Positions 1 to 9,433 of a stretch of DNA of 32,000 bases are shown here, in pieces. Position 1 is the first letter of the stretch; every line of letters starts with the position of its first letter. The translations under genes and the position numbers were made by a program. The DNA comes from Candidatus Micrarchaeum sp. (GTDB lineage: Archaea; Micrarchaeota; Micrarchaeia; Micrarchaeales; Micrarchaeaceae): NCBI RefSeq assembly GCF_016806735.1, contig NZ_CP060530.1, forward strand, positions 750,001 through 782,000, read 5' to 3'. Below the pieces are notes generated by a model, which saw only the letters and a program-made list of their open reading frames with translations, searched no databases and was not told the DNA's origin.

Positions 1-23
1 GCTTCATGTTAATAGGTGGGAAT

Positions 24-143
24 ATGTTTGGATGGAATAAAAGGAAGAATGAAGTTGTTGTTGCAGATAACAACGACAACAGGCCAGTAAAGATGGTCCA
101 GATATCAGAGAACGTTTACAGGTTCGTCTGGGCAGACGAATAA
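24..143 (+). CDS. small hypothetical protein (39 aa)
   Basis: ATG at 24 is preceded by TAATAGGTGGGAA. Nearly the same Shine-Dalgarno-like context (TAATAGGTGGGGAA) precedes the ATG of the next gene at 164. Stop TAA at 141-143. Below the ORF-track size cut-off; no recognisable domain. Confidence 0.3.
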   Translation: MFGWNKRKNEVVVADNNDNRPVKMVQISENVYRFVWADE

Positions 144-163
144 TAACGCTAATAGGTGGGGAA

Positions 164-502
164 ATGAGTCAAAAACAAAAAGGGAGCGGAAGCGCTGCGA
201 AACAGCGCGTTAGGGATCCGAAGAAGTTCTTCGTTGTGAAAAGGAATGGAAAGACGTACCACAAGTTCTTTTTAATAAAGCCGAAGCAGGGAATGGACCT
301 CAACATGCTTGCGAACGATCTTGCAGCACTTCCTGACGTATTGGAGGTTTACGCCACCGAAGGAACCATAGGATTCATGGTAAAGGCAAGATTCGACGGA
401 GAAAAAGAGCCGGAGCAGGTAGCGCAATACATAGAGAAGAATGTTTCAAAGGACTACGGGACTCTTGTCAGCTACATAAACTTCAAGAGGTGCGCAAGAT
501 GA
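164..502 (+). CDS. small protein, possibly RAM/ACT-like (Lrp/AsnC ligand-binding-domain-like); function unknown
   Basis: 112-aa ORF with a GGTGGGG RBS. The pattern FFLIKPKQG...LANDLAALPDVLEVYATEGTIGFMVKARFD loosely resembles the beta-alpha-beta-beta-alpha-beta RAM fold pattern. Its stop overlaps the next ATG (ATGA at 499-502). Confidence 0.45.
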   Translation: MSQKQKGSGSAAKQRVRDPKKFFVVKRNGKTYHKFFLIKPKQGMDLNMLANDLAALPDVLEVYATEGTIGFMVKARFDGEKEPEQVAQYIEKNVSKDYGTLVSYINFKRCAR

Positions 503-750
503 GCCTCAAAATGTGGTATTTGAAGCATTTCGACAAGGACAGGCTTCTGGATGAACTCTCGAAGCCTGCAGAGGGGGAATATGTTGTGATCAGGGATGGG
601 CCAAATACGTCGGTACGCGTGCCGGTAGAAGAACTTGACGGATATATCAATTACCTGAAGGACAAAGCTGCAATCTGCATGGATGAATACAAAAAGTATA
701 ATAAAGAAAGAAAGTCGGGCGATAGCGTTAAATTAGGTGATGAAATATGA
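499..750 (+). CDS. hypothetical protein (83 aa)
   Basis: The ORF track starts at GTG 490. ATG 499 gives an ATGA overlap with the upstream stop, and its own stop overlaps the next ATG (ATGA at 747-750), which suggests translational coupling. No recognisable motif. Confidence 0.45.
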   Translation: MSLKMWYLKHFDKDRLLDELSKPAEGEYVVIRDGPNTSVRVPVEELDGYINYLKDKAAICMDEYKKYNKERKSGDSVKLGDEI

Positions 751-1166
751 GTAAAAATGATAGTAAGGACAAAGAAACAACTGGTAGAGTTCTGTTGAGA
801 AAAGAGAATCAACAGAAGTTAGAGGGTAGAGTCGTGTCTTATGGCAAAGCAGACACTATGTGCGGAATCGCTATGCATTTGACTCCAGAAACTAAATATA
901 TTCCTGTTACAATTCCAAAGCCATTGATACTATTAGTAGAGGATGGAACAATACACGAAGCAGAGCTTAATCCAGATATATTTTACGCCTCAGATGCAAT
1001 AATAATGAAAACTGGTGGCGAGCTGGCACATATAGCTGTAATAGCCAGAGAACGTGGCATATTGGCAGTGTCTGAAATACCAGTTGATAAAATAAAGAAC
1101 GGAACTAAAGTAACAATAAAGACTATTGATCTGGAAGACGAAATAAAAGCTTTGGTAGAATTTTAG
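747..1166 (+). CDS. stand-alone PEP-utilising-enzyme mobile (phosphohistidine swivel) domain protein
   Basis: Motif IIMKTGGELAHIAVIARERGILAV matches the conserved GGxxSHAAIVARExGIPAV phosphohistidine loop of PEP synthase/PPDK/rifampin phosphotransferase. The upstream G-rich beta segment (LEGRVVSYGKA) also fits. Only 139 aa, so there is no ATP-grasp domain and no TIM barrel. Confidence 0.75.
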   Translation: MSKNDSKDKETTGRVLLRKENQQKLEGRVVSYGKADTMCGIAMHLTPETKYIPVTIPKPLILLVEDGTIHEAELNPDIFYASDAIIMKTGGELAHIAVIARERGILAVSEIPVDKIKNGTKVTIKTIDLEDEIKALVEF

Positions 1167-1178
1167 TGAAGTGATATT

Positions 1179-2243
1179 ATGGGCAATATATCAAAAGAGA
1201 ATAAATATGCATTAATTAATGATACGGATATTTCAAGAATAAAGCTTGCAAAAATGTTTATTGATACGAGTAATAATCCTGATGCAGTTGTTGAAGATTT
1301 TGTTAAACGAGCGCTCAAAAATTATAATATATTATATGGGGTGAAAGATAGTGGAAACCTGCTAAAGTTAAAATGTAATAGCAAAGAAGGGCTCATATTA
1401 TACAGAGATGCATATTTGGAGCTGATAAAAATAAAAGACAGTATTTATAATAATGAAGTGCAAAAATTTGCAGTTTCTATATTTGGGAAAAAGTTCAATG
1501 ACTTATCTGTAGAAGAGCTTGGAATATTTAAAGAAATAATGCGTTTTAGTATAAATGTGTACAGGCTGAATATTCCGCTGTCTATAAACTTCAAGCCAAT
1601 AGCTTATGCAAATATGGAACGAATAAAATACGAAAGGCATCTATCTACAAGAGATTATATGTCTATACTTTCATTGGCGCACGAGTCTGGAATGTCAGAG
1701 TACAGAAGAATGCATATCGCATACTGTGTAGAACAGGATAAAGAAGTCAAGCAGAGAAAGTTCAAAGAGCTTTTAGATCTTTATCACCTTGGTTCTGAAA
1801 GGCTCGCACTTATTAGGATTTCCAATGACTTCATTAATGGGATACCGCAAGGCTATTTAGAGAAACAGAACAAACCCGCTTATGTAAATGTTGATGAAGA
1901 AATAAGTGCCATATTAGACCTTATAAACTTTGACAACTATTACAGCTTATTACATAGGAAACGCCTTTCATCGCTTGCCGATGCTTTTCTGAGAGGTTAT
2001 CTAGGTACCGAATTAAATAAGCGGGGTTTAGTAGATCCAGACTACTGCACTTTAGTTCCTGATATAGAAGATTTGTCAATGAAGCTTTTGGACGATAGAA
2101 GCAAAGAAATAGGAGGTAGAGCAATAAGGTATGAGCCCTTTGCAACTAAAATAGATTACGCAATACATAGAATCACTATGTTAACCAAGAAACTAGGCTT
2201 AAACGAGATAGATCGGAAAATAAACAATTATCAGAATTATTAG
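1179..2243 (+). CDS. hypothetical protein (354 aa), no recognisable domain
   Basis: Long AT-rich ORF, 12 nt after the previous stop and co-directional within the operon. Composition looks alpha-helical. Confidence 0.6.
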   Translation: MGNISKENKYALINDTDISRIKLAKMFIDTSNNPDAVVEDFVKRALKNYNILYGVKDSGNLLKLKCNSKEGLILYRDAYLELIKIKDSIYNNEVQKFAVSIFGKKFNDLSVEELGIFKEIMRFSINVYRLNIPLSINFKPIAYANMERIKYERHLSTRDYMSILSLAHESGMSEYRRMHIAYCVEQDKEVKQRKFKELLDLYHLGSERLALIRISNDFINGIPQGYLEKQNKPAYVNVDEEISAILDLINFDNYYSLLHRKRLSSLADAFLRGYLGTELNKRGLVDPDYCTLVPDIEDLSMKLLDDRSKEIGGRAIRYEPFATKIDYAIHRITMLTKKLGLNEIDRKINNYQNY

Positions 2244-2265
2244 TTTACATTAGTATAATGGCCAA

Positions 2266-2931
2266 ATGGGTGTAAGGATGAATGATGAGATACAAATGGA
2301 TGGATATAGCATCGAAGTAGAAGTAGAGAGAAAGCCAGAGTCTAGGTTAAACGTAGTGCTTGCGCACGGAGGCAACAACAACATGAATAACAGCCTGATT
2401 CAAAAATTATTCGACGATTTTAGAAACAAATATTCGACATTAAGGTTCAATTTTTCGTTTGCAGATACAGGTATAGATATTAGGAATATAAGCGACGGAT
2501 CTGCAGTGCTTAGGAGTACTGCCGAACTTAAGAAATGTATAGAGTATATGGGTGCAAAAGACATAGTTCTTATAGGAAAATCATTTGGAGGATATGTGTC
2601 AACGCTTTTGGCAGGTAATCCTAACCTAGGCATAAAGAAAGTAATAGCTCTGGGGTACCCTCTTCATAAACCTGGGAAGCCTCAAGAATTACTTGAGGGT
2701 TTATCCCAGGCTCATATGCAAATGGCAAGATTGCAGGTAGAGTTTATAATAGGCGATTCCGATCCTTCATGGGATATAAAGAACGCTCCTCCGATATTGT
2801 CTGCGTATAAAATAAACATAATAGAAAATGCAGATCATTCTTTTAAGCCGGTTAGACCAGGTGGAAGCCTTGATGAAAACGAAAGAAAAGTGGTAGAGCT
2901 GGCAAGCCAGATAATTGAAGGAATAAGCTGA
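2266..2931 (+). CDS. alpha/beta hydrolase (dienelactone-hydrolase / KANL3-Tex30-like esterase family)
   Basis: NVVLAHGGNNNM (oxyanion-hole region), nucleophile elbow GKSFGG (GxSxG), GDSDP acid loop and C-terminal ENADHSF histidine, in canonical alpha/beta-hydrolase order. Confidence 0.7.
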   Translation: MGVRMNDEIQMDGYSIEVEVERKPESRLNVVLAHGGNNNMNNSLIQKLFDDFRNKYSTLRFNFSFADTGIDIRNISDGSAVLRSTAELKKCIEYMGAKDIVLIGKSFGGYVSTLLAGNPNLGIKKVIALGYPLHKPGKPQELLEGLSQAHMQMARLQVEFIIGDSDPSWDIKNAPPILSAYKINIIENADHSFKPVRPGGSLDENERKVVELASQIIEGIS

Positions 2932-2952
2932 ATCAAAAAATATAGGGATTAT

Positions 2953-3831
2953 ATGGCAAATCTAGAGCGGCATAAAATCAATGTATTACACATTCCTTAC
3001 AACGCCAATAACCCTGGCGGAAAGGGTGAATCCCTACTAAGGCTTGATAAGGAGGGTATAAACGTTGCAAACGGCTTCATTATTCCTACAGAGTCCTTTG
3101 AACTTTTCTTAGATTCAAGCAGTGTAGGTATAAAGTTGCGAAATGCTATAGTAAAAGGGGAACTAGATAGGAGCCTAGTTGTTCAGCTCAAAAAGTTTAT
3201 CATCAATTCAAAACTTCCAGAAGAGGTCATGAATAGCATACATTATGCACTTAGGCACACTGGACTAAACAAAGATAAATTAATAGTCAGAAGTTCAGCC
3301 AACGTAGAAGATTCGAAGGAAAAAAGCTTTGCTGGGCAATTCAAGACGATAGTGAATGTTGAACCGCAGAACATACAGAGCGCAATACTTGATGTTTATG
3401 CCTCGCTCTACAATAATGCAGCTATATCATATGCTGAAAGCATGAACCTAATTGAGGCCAGAATGGCAGTTGTTGTTCAAGAAATGATTAATACAGACTT
3501 TGCTGGTGTGGCATTCACCATTTCGCCGATTGGCAAAACAGGAAGTATGACGATAGAATATGTTGTTGGGCAGGGTGAAGCACTGGTCTCAGGTAAAACA
3601 AAACCTTGTAATGTGAAGTTAGATAGATCCAACTTTAATTTTATTTCAGAATGGGTTCCTTCGGGAGTAGAAGCTTGTATGCTGAGGGAAACTGTAAGAG
3701 AAGTTGCCGCGCTTGCAATGCATATTGAAACAATATATAATATGCCAATGGACATAGAATGGGGCATTGCTCGCGGAAAGTTATTTGTTTTCCAAGCTAG
3801 GCCAATAACGCACCTGAAAAGAATATGCTAA
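2953..3831 (+). CDS. stand-alone PPDK_N-type ATP-grasp (nucleotide-binding) domain of a PEP synthase/water-dikinase-like enzyme
   Basis: LIVRSSANVEDSKEKSFAGQFKTIVNV, MAVVVQEMI, AGVAFTISP, GEALVSG and PMDIEWGIARGKLFVFQARPIT are the hallmark blocks of the PPDK_N domain. The protein ends right after this domain (292 aa). Confidence 0.75.
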   Translation: MANLERHKINVLHIPYNANNPGGKGESLLRLDKEGINVANGFIIPTESFELFLDSSSVGIKLRNAIVKGELDRSLVVQLKKFIINSKLPEEVMNSIHYALRHTGLNKDKLIVRSSANVEDSKEKSFAGQFKTIVNVEPQNIQSAILDVYASLYNNAAISYAESMNLIEARMAVVVQEMINTDFAGVAFTISPIGKTGSMTIEYVVGQGEALVSGKTKPCNVKLDRSNFNFISEWVPSGVEACMLRETVREVAALAMHIETIYNMPMDIEWGIARGKLFVFQARPITHLKRIC

Positions 3832-4364
3832 GCCTTTATTATTGTGCCTATTGTCTTCTTGCCAAAAATAGAGTCCCGAGACTGCCAGGCACGTTTGCAT
3901 TGGCAATCTAGCACGTAGTGTCATATTTCTTTGAAATGTTGTAAAGATATGAAAGCTTGATTGCCATGTCTCTGGTAACGTCTACCTTTAGCGATGCGCT
4001 TGAGTATTTCCCGTGAAAGGAATCATTGTGCGCCTTCTGCCTAGGACAGCGGTGTGTGTATTTTCGAATGTTTCGAGAAAAGGAAATACGAGACTATTAC
4101 GAAGTCTATTATTATGGCACCGTGGATTATCGTGTAATATGGGCATATGGAGTGCACAACAAAAAATTTAAAGTATATTAGATACGCCGAGCCGAAACTT
4201 CGCTCAGAGAGTATGAGGAATATGCCTCAATGCGAAAGGGCTTTGAAAGCAGAGGCCGAAGCCCAGAAGCTTAGAGAACCTATTTATTATTTGCCATGCC
4301 TAAATACATGCTATGATTCTTAATGTACATCATCGATGTGCATTGGCTTAGAAGGTAAGATAAA

Positions 4365-4577
4365 ATGGTTACATATTGCGAAAGATGCAAAAAGGAGATA
4401 TACAGGCAGTATAAGTGCGATTATTGCGGCAGGACCATATGCAGCAGCTGCATAAAGAGCTCGCAGACAGCCACCAAGATACTTAAAATGACCATATGCA
4501 AGGACTGCTGGAGCAACATGCCAAAGCGCAAGGCTTACAAGTCAAAGAAGCTAGTTGTCGCTCAGCAGCAGAAATGA
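4365..4577 (+). CDS. small zinc-ribbon protein (four CxxC pairs)
   Basis: CERC...CDYC...CSSC...CKDC arrangement in 70 aa with a basic C-terminal tail. Mid-GC codon usage like the neighbouring core genes. Confidence 0.55.
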   Translation: MVTYCERCKKEIYRQYKCDYCGRTICSSCIKSSQTATKILKMTICKDCWSNMPKRKAYKSKKLVVAQQQK

Positions 4578-4620
4578 ATTGCACATAGCCTTTTTATAGG
4601 ATTAATCCAAAATCCTTCTG

Positions 4621-7600
4621 GTGCTGGCTGTGTTGGACCTAAACGCTAACGAACTTGAAATGCTCAATTACTGGAAGGAAACCGATGTCCTAGGAAGGCT
4701 CAGGGCAAGGAACAAGGGCAGAAAGCCCTTCTATTTTCTGGACGGGCCCCCTTATACTACTGGAGACCTCCACCCTGGGCAGATGTGGGTAAAGACCGTA
4801 AAGGACATAACGCTAAGATACAGGAGAATGAAGGGATACGACGTCAGGGACATACCCGGATACGACGTCCACGGCCTGCCGATAGAGAATAAGGTTGAGA
4901 AGAAGCTGGAGCTTAAGTCCAAGCAGGACATAGAGGACAAAATAGGTGTCGGAGAGTTCATAAAGCAGTGCAGGGCTTATGTAGAAGCTGGCATAGGAAG
5001 GATGGACAGCGACTTCGAGCGCTTCGGAATAACCCTGGATTTCGCGCATCCGTATATACCGTTCAACAAGCAGTACATAGAGACAGGATGGAACATATTC
5101 AAGCAGATAAGCGACAAAGGGCTCTTATACAGGGACACAAAGGCGACGCTTTACTGCCCGCACTGCCAGACCTCTGTCTCGCAGGGCACTATGGAAGCGG
5201 AATATATGCAGGACAACGATCCTTCAATAGCCGTCCCATTCAAAGTCGTAAAGAACGATTCCAAGGCAAGGATAAGCCTCGCAGATGGAGATTATTCCCT
5301 TCTTATATGGACGACCACACCGTGGACGCTTCCTGCGAACGTAGCTATAGCGGTAAACCCCAAGGAGCTTTACGTTCTTGCAAAGTTCGGAGACAAAAAC
5401 CTTATAGTGGCAAAGAAGAGGCTTGATGACACCGCTGCGATGCTCGACGCGAGCCCGGTTGTGCTGGAAGAATTCTACGGCTCTGAGCTCGAAGGCATGG
5501 CGTATGCAAATCCTCTTGAGGAGAATTCGCCAAAGCAGAAGGAGCTCAGAAAATACCACAAGGTCATACTTTCAGGAGAGCTCGTCACAATGGACGACGG
5601 AACCGGCCTTGTGCACATAGCGCCTGGGCACGGGCTTGAGGATTATAACTTGGGCAAGAAGCTCGGGCTGCCGATATTCTGCCCGGTAGACGGAAAAGCA
5701 GAATATACAAAGGATGCCGGCAAATACGAGGGAATGAAGGTGCCCGAAGAGGCGAACAAGGCAGTTATGGAAGATTTGAAGTCCATGGGCGTTCTTCTTT
5801 ACAAGGGCAGCATAACGCACAGCTATCCACACTGCTGGAGGTGCGATTCCAAGCTTATTTTCATAGCCACGCCACAGTGGTTTTTCAACATATCCAAAGT
5901 AAAAAAGAAGCTGCTTTCGGAAAATTCAAAGGTTTCGTGGCATCCTGCCGAGGCTATGCAGTGGCAGGCCGACGTGCTCAAAAGCTCGCCGGACTGGTGC
6001 ATATCAAGGCAGAGGTATTGGGGCATACCGATACCGATATGGGAATGCGAAAAATGCGGGGACACCAAGGTTATAGGCTCGGTGGAAGAGCTTGCCAGGC
6101 ATGCAACCAGCAAGGAGAAGGTAGAGCACCTGGACGACCTTCACAGGCCGTACATAGACGATATAGAGCTCAAATGCGAAAAATGCGGAGGCTCGATGCG
6201 CAGGGTCAAGGACGTAACCGACGTATGGTTCGATTCCAGCATAGCCTCAAGGGCTAGCATAGATTCCGAAAAGGAATTCGAAAGGCTATTCCCGATAGAT
6301 TACATAATAGAGGGCAAGGACCAGCTCAGGGGATGGTTCTCCGGGCTGCTGAAGATAAGCGTGCTTGCTTATGGCAAAAGGCCGTTCAAGAACGTAGGCG
6401 TAGACGGCATGCTCCTGAGCGAGGACGGGCGCGAGATGCACAAGAAGCTCGGCAACTACATAGCCGTGGCCGACCTGCTTAAGATAACCAATGCGGACTC
6501 TTTCAGGATATGGAGCTCAGGGCATACGCCATGGCTCGACCTTTCGTTCAACAGGAGCGAGATAAGGGATTCAGAAAGGACGATAAACGTGCTTTATAAC
6601 GCAGCCAACCTGATAGACGAATACAGCAAGCTCATAGGCGCAAAGCCCAAGTGGACGCTTCCTAAGGCCGAAGGCCTCGAAAGGGAAGAGCTGTGGATAC
6701 TCTCGAGAGTGCAGAGCCTGATAGAAAAAGTTACTGAGGCGTTGGAGAACTACGAGGCCCACAACGCAGTCAATGCGCTGAAAGAATTCATAAGCGACGA
6801 TTTCAGCAGGTTTTACTTAAAGGTTGCGAAGAAGAAGCTGCTTGGCTACGACAAGGGCATGCAGAAAAAGGTCCTCAACGTGGTTAGCTATTGCCTCAAC
6901 ACAGTATTGACGCTTGCTTCTCCGGTTATTCCCTTTACTTCGGATTATATAGCTCTGCGCATGCTGAAGAGCGTTGACGACAGCGTTTCCATGCAGAAAT
7001 GGCCAAAGCCCAAGCCTGAGCTCATAAACAAAGAGCTCGAGAGCACTTTCGACATGGTAAAGGAATCGATAAGCGCTTTGCTGAACAACAGGGAAGCCGC
7101 GAAGGTGCCGCTCAGATGGCCGGTAAAGCAGGCGCTCATAGAGACTACGAGCGACGAGGTTTACAACACCCTTTCCAGGATGTCAGACATAATAGGAGAT
7201 TATACCAATTCCAAGGAGGTATTGGTCAAGAAGGTCAGCAGCGTAGGCCTCGAAGCGAAGCCGCAATTCCAGCGCATAGGGCCGGAGTTCAAGCAGAACG
7301 CTTCATTTATAGCAAAATCCATAACAGAAGCGAATCCCGAAGAGATAAAGGCGGCATTGGATTCCGGAGGAAAATACGCAGTGCATACGGAGAAGGGAGT
7401 CTTTGATATAGGCCCGGAACACGTAATCATATCGGAATTCAACACCAGCGAAGGAATGAAGAAATTCAAATACGGATACGCAAAGGTAGACAGCGAGATA
7501 AGCAGCGAGCTGGCCGATGAGGCGTTCTTAAGGGAGCTTGAGCGCAGGATACAGATGGAGCGCAAGGCGGAAGGCCTGAAGAGGTCGGACAAAATAGAGG

Positions 7601-7782
7601 CTTACATAAGTGCTGACGATGACACGGTTTCAACGATAAGAAAGTTCTACGAGCAGTTTGCCAAGGACATAAACGCGAAAAAGGTGGAGTTCGTTCCGGA
7701 AATACCGGAATCGCTGAAGCAGGTTCCGCTCGAGCTTATGGATGCAAAGCTCAGGATCGCGATCAAAAAGCCAGGGATGTGA
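4621..7782 (+). CDS. ileS: isoleucyl-tRNA synthetase
   Basis: 1053 aa. Class Ia blocks are present: FYFLDGPPYTTG, GYDVHGLPIE, the editing-domain signature WTTTPWTLPANVAIAV, HIAPGHG, WCISRQRYWGIPIP, CxxC zinc knuckles and the anticodon-binding region. GTG start at 4621 (TTG at 4633 also possible). HIGH and KMSKS are divergent (see findings). Confidence 0.93.
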   Translation: MLAVLDLNANELEMLNYWKETDVLGRLRARNKGRKPFYFLDGPPYTTGDLHPGQMWVKTVKDITLRYRRMKGYDVRDIPGYDVHGLPIENKVEKKLELKSKQDIEDKIGVGEFIKQCRAYVEAGIGRMDSDFERFGITLDFAHPYIPFNKQYIETGWNIFKQISDKGLLYRDTKATLYCPHCQTSVSQGTMEAEYMQDNDPSIAVPFKVVKNDSKARISLADGDYSLLIWTTTPWTLPANVAIAVNPKELYVLAKFGDKNLIVAKKRLDDTAAMLDASPVVLEEFYGSELEGMAYANPLEENSPKQKELRKYHKVILSGELVTMDDGTGLVHIAPGHGLEDYNLGKKLGLPIFCPVDGKAEYTKDAGKYEGMKVPEEANKAVMEDLKSMGVLLYKGSITHSYPHCWRCDSKLIFIATPQWFFNISKVKKKLLSENSKVSWHPAEAMQWQADVLKSSPDWCISRQRYWGIPIPIWECEKCGDTKVIGSVEELARHATSKEKVEHLDDLHRPYIDDIELKCEKCGGSMRRVKDVTDVWFDSSIASRASIDSEKEFERLFPIDYIIEGKDQLRGWFSGLLKISVLAYGKRPFKNVGVDGMLLSEDGREMHKKLGNYIAVADLLKITNADSFRIWSSGHTPWLDLSFNRSEIRDSERTINVLYNAANLIDEYSKLIGAKPKWTLPKAEGLEREELWILSRVQSLIEKVTEALENYEAHNAVNALKEFISDDFSRFYLKVAKKKLLGYDKGMQKKVLNVVSYCLNTVLTLASPVIPFTSDYIALRMLKSVDDSVSMQKWPKPKPELINKELESTFDMVKESISALLNNREAAKVPLRWPVKQALIETTSDEVYNTLSRMSDIIGDYTNSKEVLVKKVSSVGLEAKPQFQRIGPEFKQNASFIAKSITEANPEEIKAALDSGGKYAVHTEKGVFDIGPEHVIISEFNTSEGMKKFKYGYAKVDSEISSELADEAFLRELERRIQMERKAEGLKRSDKIEAYISADDDTVSTIRKFYEQFAKDINAKKVEFVPEIPESLKQVPLELMDAKLRIAIKKPGM

Positions 7783-7784
7783 GA

Positions 7785-8351
7785 ATGCGTGCGATGAGCA
7801 CGGAAAGTTCCTATAAAAGCGTCGAGAAGCTTCTTTTTTCCAAAGACAGGAATCTTTACGTCATATCCCCGTTCGTCAGCACGTATTACCTAAAAGTCCT
7901 GAAGAGAATATCATCGAGAAAGAATGTCTATTTGATAACAAGCGAAGCCGCGTTCAAGAAATCAATAGAAATATCCGGATCTTATAAATTCGGAAGGCCG
8001 AAGGTGGCTCATGCCGCCATAGTGCTTGCAATGTTTGCTGCAGCGTATCTGGTAAGCGAATATATAGCCGCACTTATTTTTCTGGATGCAATGGCCGCAT
8101 GGTGCATGTTTTATACTATAAGTATGCCAAGCAGGCACAAGAAGAGCAGGATGCACGTCAGGGTCGTAAGGGGCAACTTCGTGCACGAAAAGGTTTACAT
8201 ATCCGATTCTATGGCAATAACCGGCAGCGCAAACCTTACCTATTCCGGCATGCACAAGAATACCGAAAGGATAAGCTTAATAGATGACGGGAAGGAGATA
8301 AGAGAACTCCGAAGGCATTTCGAAGAGTTATGGCACAAAGCCGGCAATTAA
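7785..8351 (+). CDS. PLD-superfamily (single HKD motif, Nuc-like) protein with a central hydrophobic segment
   Basis: HEKVYISDSMAITGSANLT equals HxK(x)4D(x)6GSxN. A hydrophobic stretch AAIVLAMFAAAYLVSEYIAALIFLDAMAAWCMFY precedes it. The ORF-track start (GTG 7779) overlaps the ileS stop; the ATG at 7785 is chosen here. Confidence 0.6.
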   Translation: MRAMSTESSYKSVEKLLFSKDRNLYVISPFVSTYYLKVLKRISSRKNVYLITSEAAFKKSIEISGSYKFGRPKVAHAAIVLAMFAAAYLVSEYIAALIFLDAMAAWCMFYTISMPSRHKKSRMHVRVVRGNFVHEKVYISDSMAITGSANLTYSGMHKNTERISLIDDGKEIRELRRHFEELWHKAGN

Positions 8352-8404
8352 GCCTTATCGGGAATCTACATAAAGCATAATAAACTTGTTTGCCTCTTGT
8401 ATTT

Positions 8405-9268
8405 ATGGCGTACCGGCAAAAGGTTAATATATCTGAAAAAAGAAATGTTTATAATGGTGGTGCAGTGGGTGGTGGGCATGGACCCAATTATAAGGGTCAA
8501 AGCGCATTGGAATATCTGATAACTTACGGTTGGGCAATACTCATAATAGTAGCAGCGGTCGGAATGCTTTATTTTTACCTCATAGTGCCCATGTCAGTGC
8601 CTCCAAACAATTGCGATTTCATAGTAGGAGTATCATGCTCGAACTATAACGTTGCGATTAGCCCTGCTTCGAAGAATACCGCAAATGTAAGCCTTATGCT
8701 TGAAAATCCTGAGTACTACCCAATAGAGGATCCTGTGATGGTCGTCGGAGTAGGCACTAGCAATTACAGTTCGGCATGCTCGCCCTCGTTCGTCAATCCT
8801 GGAGCTACTTATGTATGCTCAGCCCAGATGCCAGACAGTTTCGGCAACCACCTCAAGGCAAATGTCTATATAAAAGAGTATAACTGCGGATTGAGCAAGT
8901 ATGGAGAATTCAACGGAACGTGCGCCGATCCCCCAATGCAGATTTACAAGGGGGCGATATACGACACATTCGACCAAAACATAACAGTCAGGCCTACAAA
9001 GATGGAAATAAGCCCGGCTGCGGCAACCGTTGCAGTAGGGCAGGATTACAGCATAAACAGCACTTTTTATTTTGCAGGAGTACCTACCCATGACATAACC
9101 ATAAACTATACGCTAAACAATACCGACGCCAGGCTTGAAAACGCCAAGGGTTTCACTGGCTCTTCCGGCAACGCCACTGACACCATTTATGCGGCACATG
9201 CAGGAACCGTAAAGGTTACCGCATCCTTTGACGGCTACAGCGCCAACGCCATAATAACGATAAGCTAG
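8405..9268 (+). CDS. archaeal type IV pilin-like / secreted protein with class III signal peptide and C-terminal Ig-like domain
   Basis: KGQSALEYLITYGWAILIIVAAVGMLYFY is a typical archaeal prepilin (class III) signal, with cleavage after G and then a hydrophobic helix. The C-terminus (GTVKVTASFDGYSANAIITI) resembles a Big_2-like beta domain. The start is uncertain (TTG 8390, ATG 8405, GTG 8465). Confidence 0.6.
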   Translation: MAYRQKVNISEKRNVYNGGAVGGGHGPNYKGQSALEYLITYGWAILIIVAAVGMLYFYLIVPMSVPPNNCDFIVGVSCSNYNVAISPASKNTANVSLMLENPEYYPIEDPVMVVGVGTSNYSSACSPSFVNPGATYVCSAQMPDSFGNHLKANVYIKEYNCGLSKYGEFNGTCADPPMQIYKGAIYDTFDQNITVRPTKMEISPAAATVAVGQDYSINSTFYFAGVPTHDITINYTLNNTDARLENAKGFTGSSGNATDTIYAAHAGTVKVTASFDGYSANAIITIS

Positions 9269-9433
9269 GCGTTTTTGCTTTCCTTTTTGTTTTTCCTCGA
9301 CAAAATAATTGAGTTTCGAATTTTTCCAACGGATTTTGGCATTATTTCTAAATTCTTATTAGAAAGTTCCACAAAACCAATAAATATAACAAAATCCAAA
9401 TAATTATGTAGCGAGAAGCGAAGTTGATTCCAT

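Noticed and set aside
4752-7592. About a dozen ORFs of 60-150 aa on both strands inside ileS (e.g. 4968..5426 +, 5841..6257 +, 7200..7592 -)
   Set aside because: They are out-of-frame or antisense shadows of a long, well-supported gene. They are Arg/Gly/Ser-rich and have no motifs.
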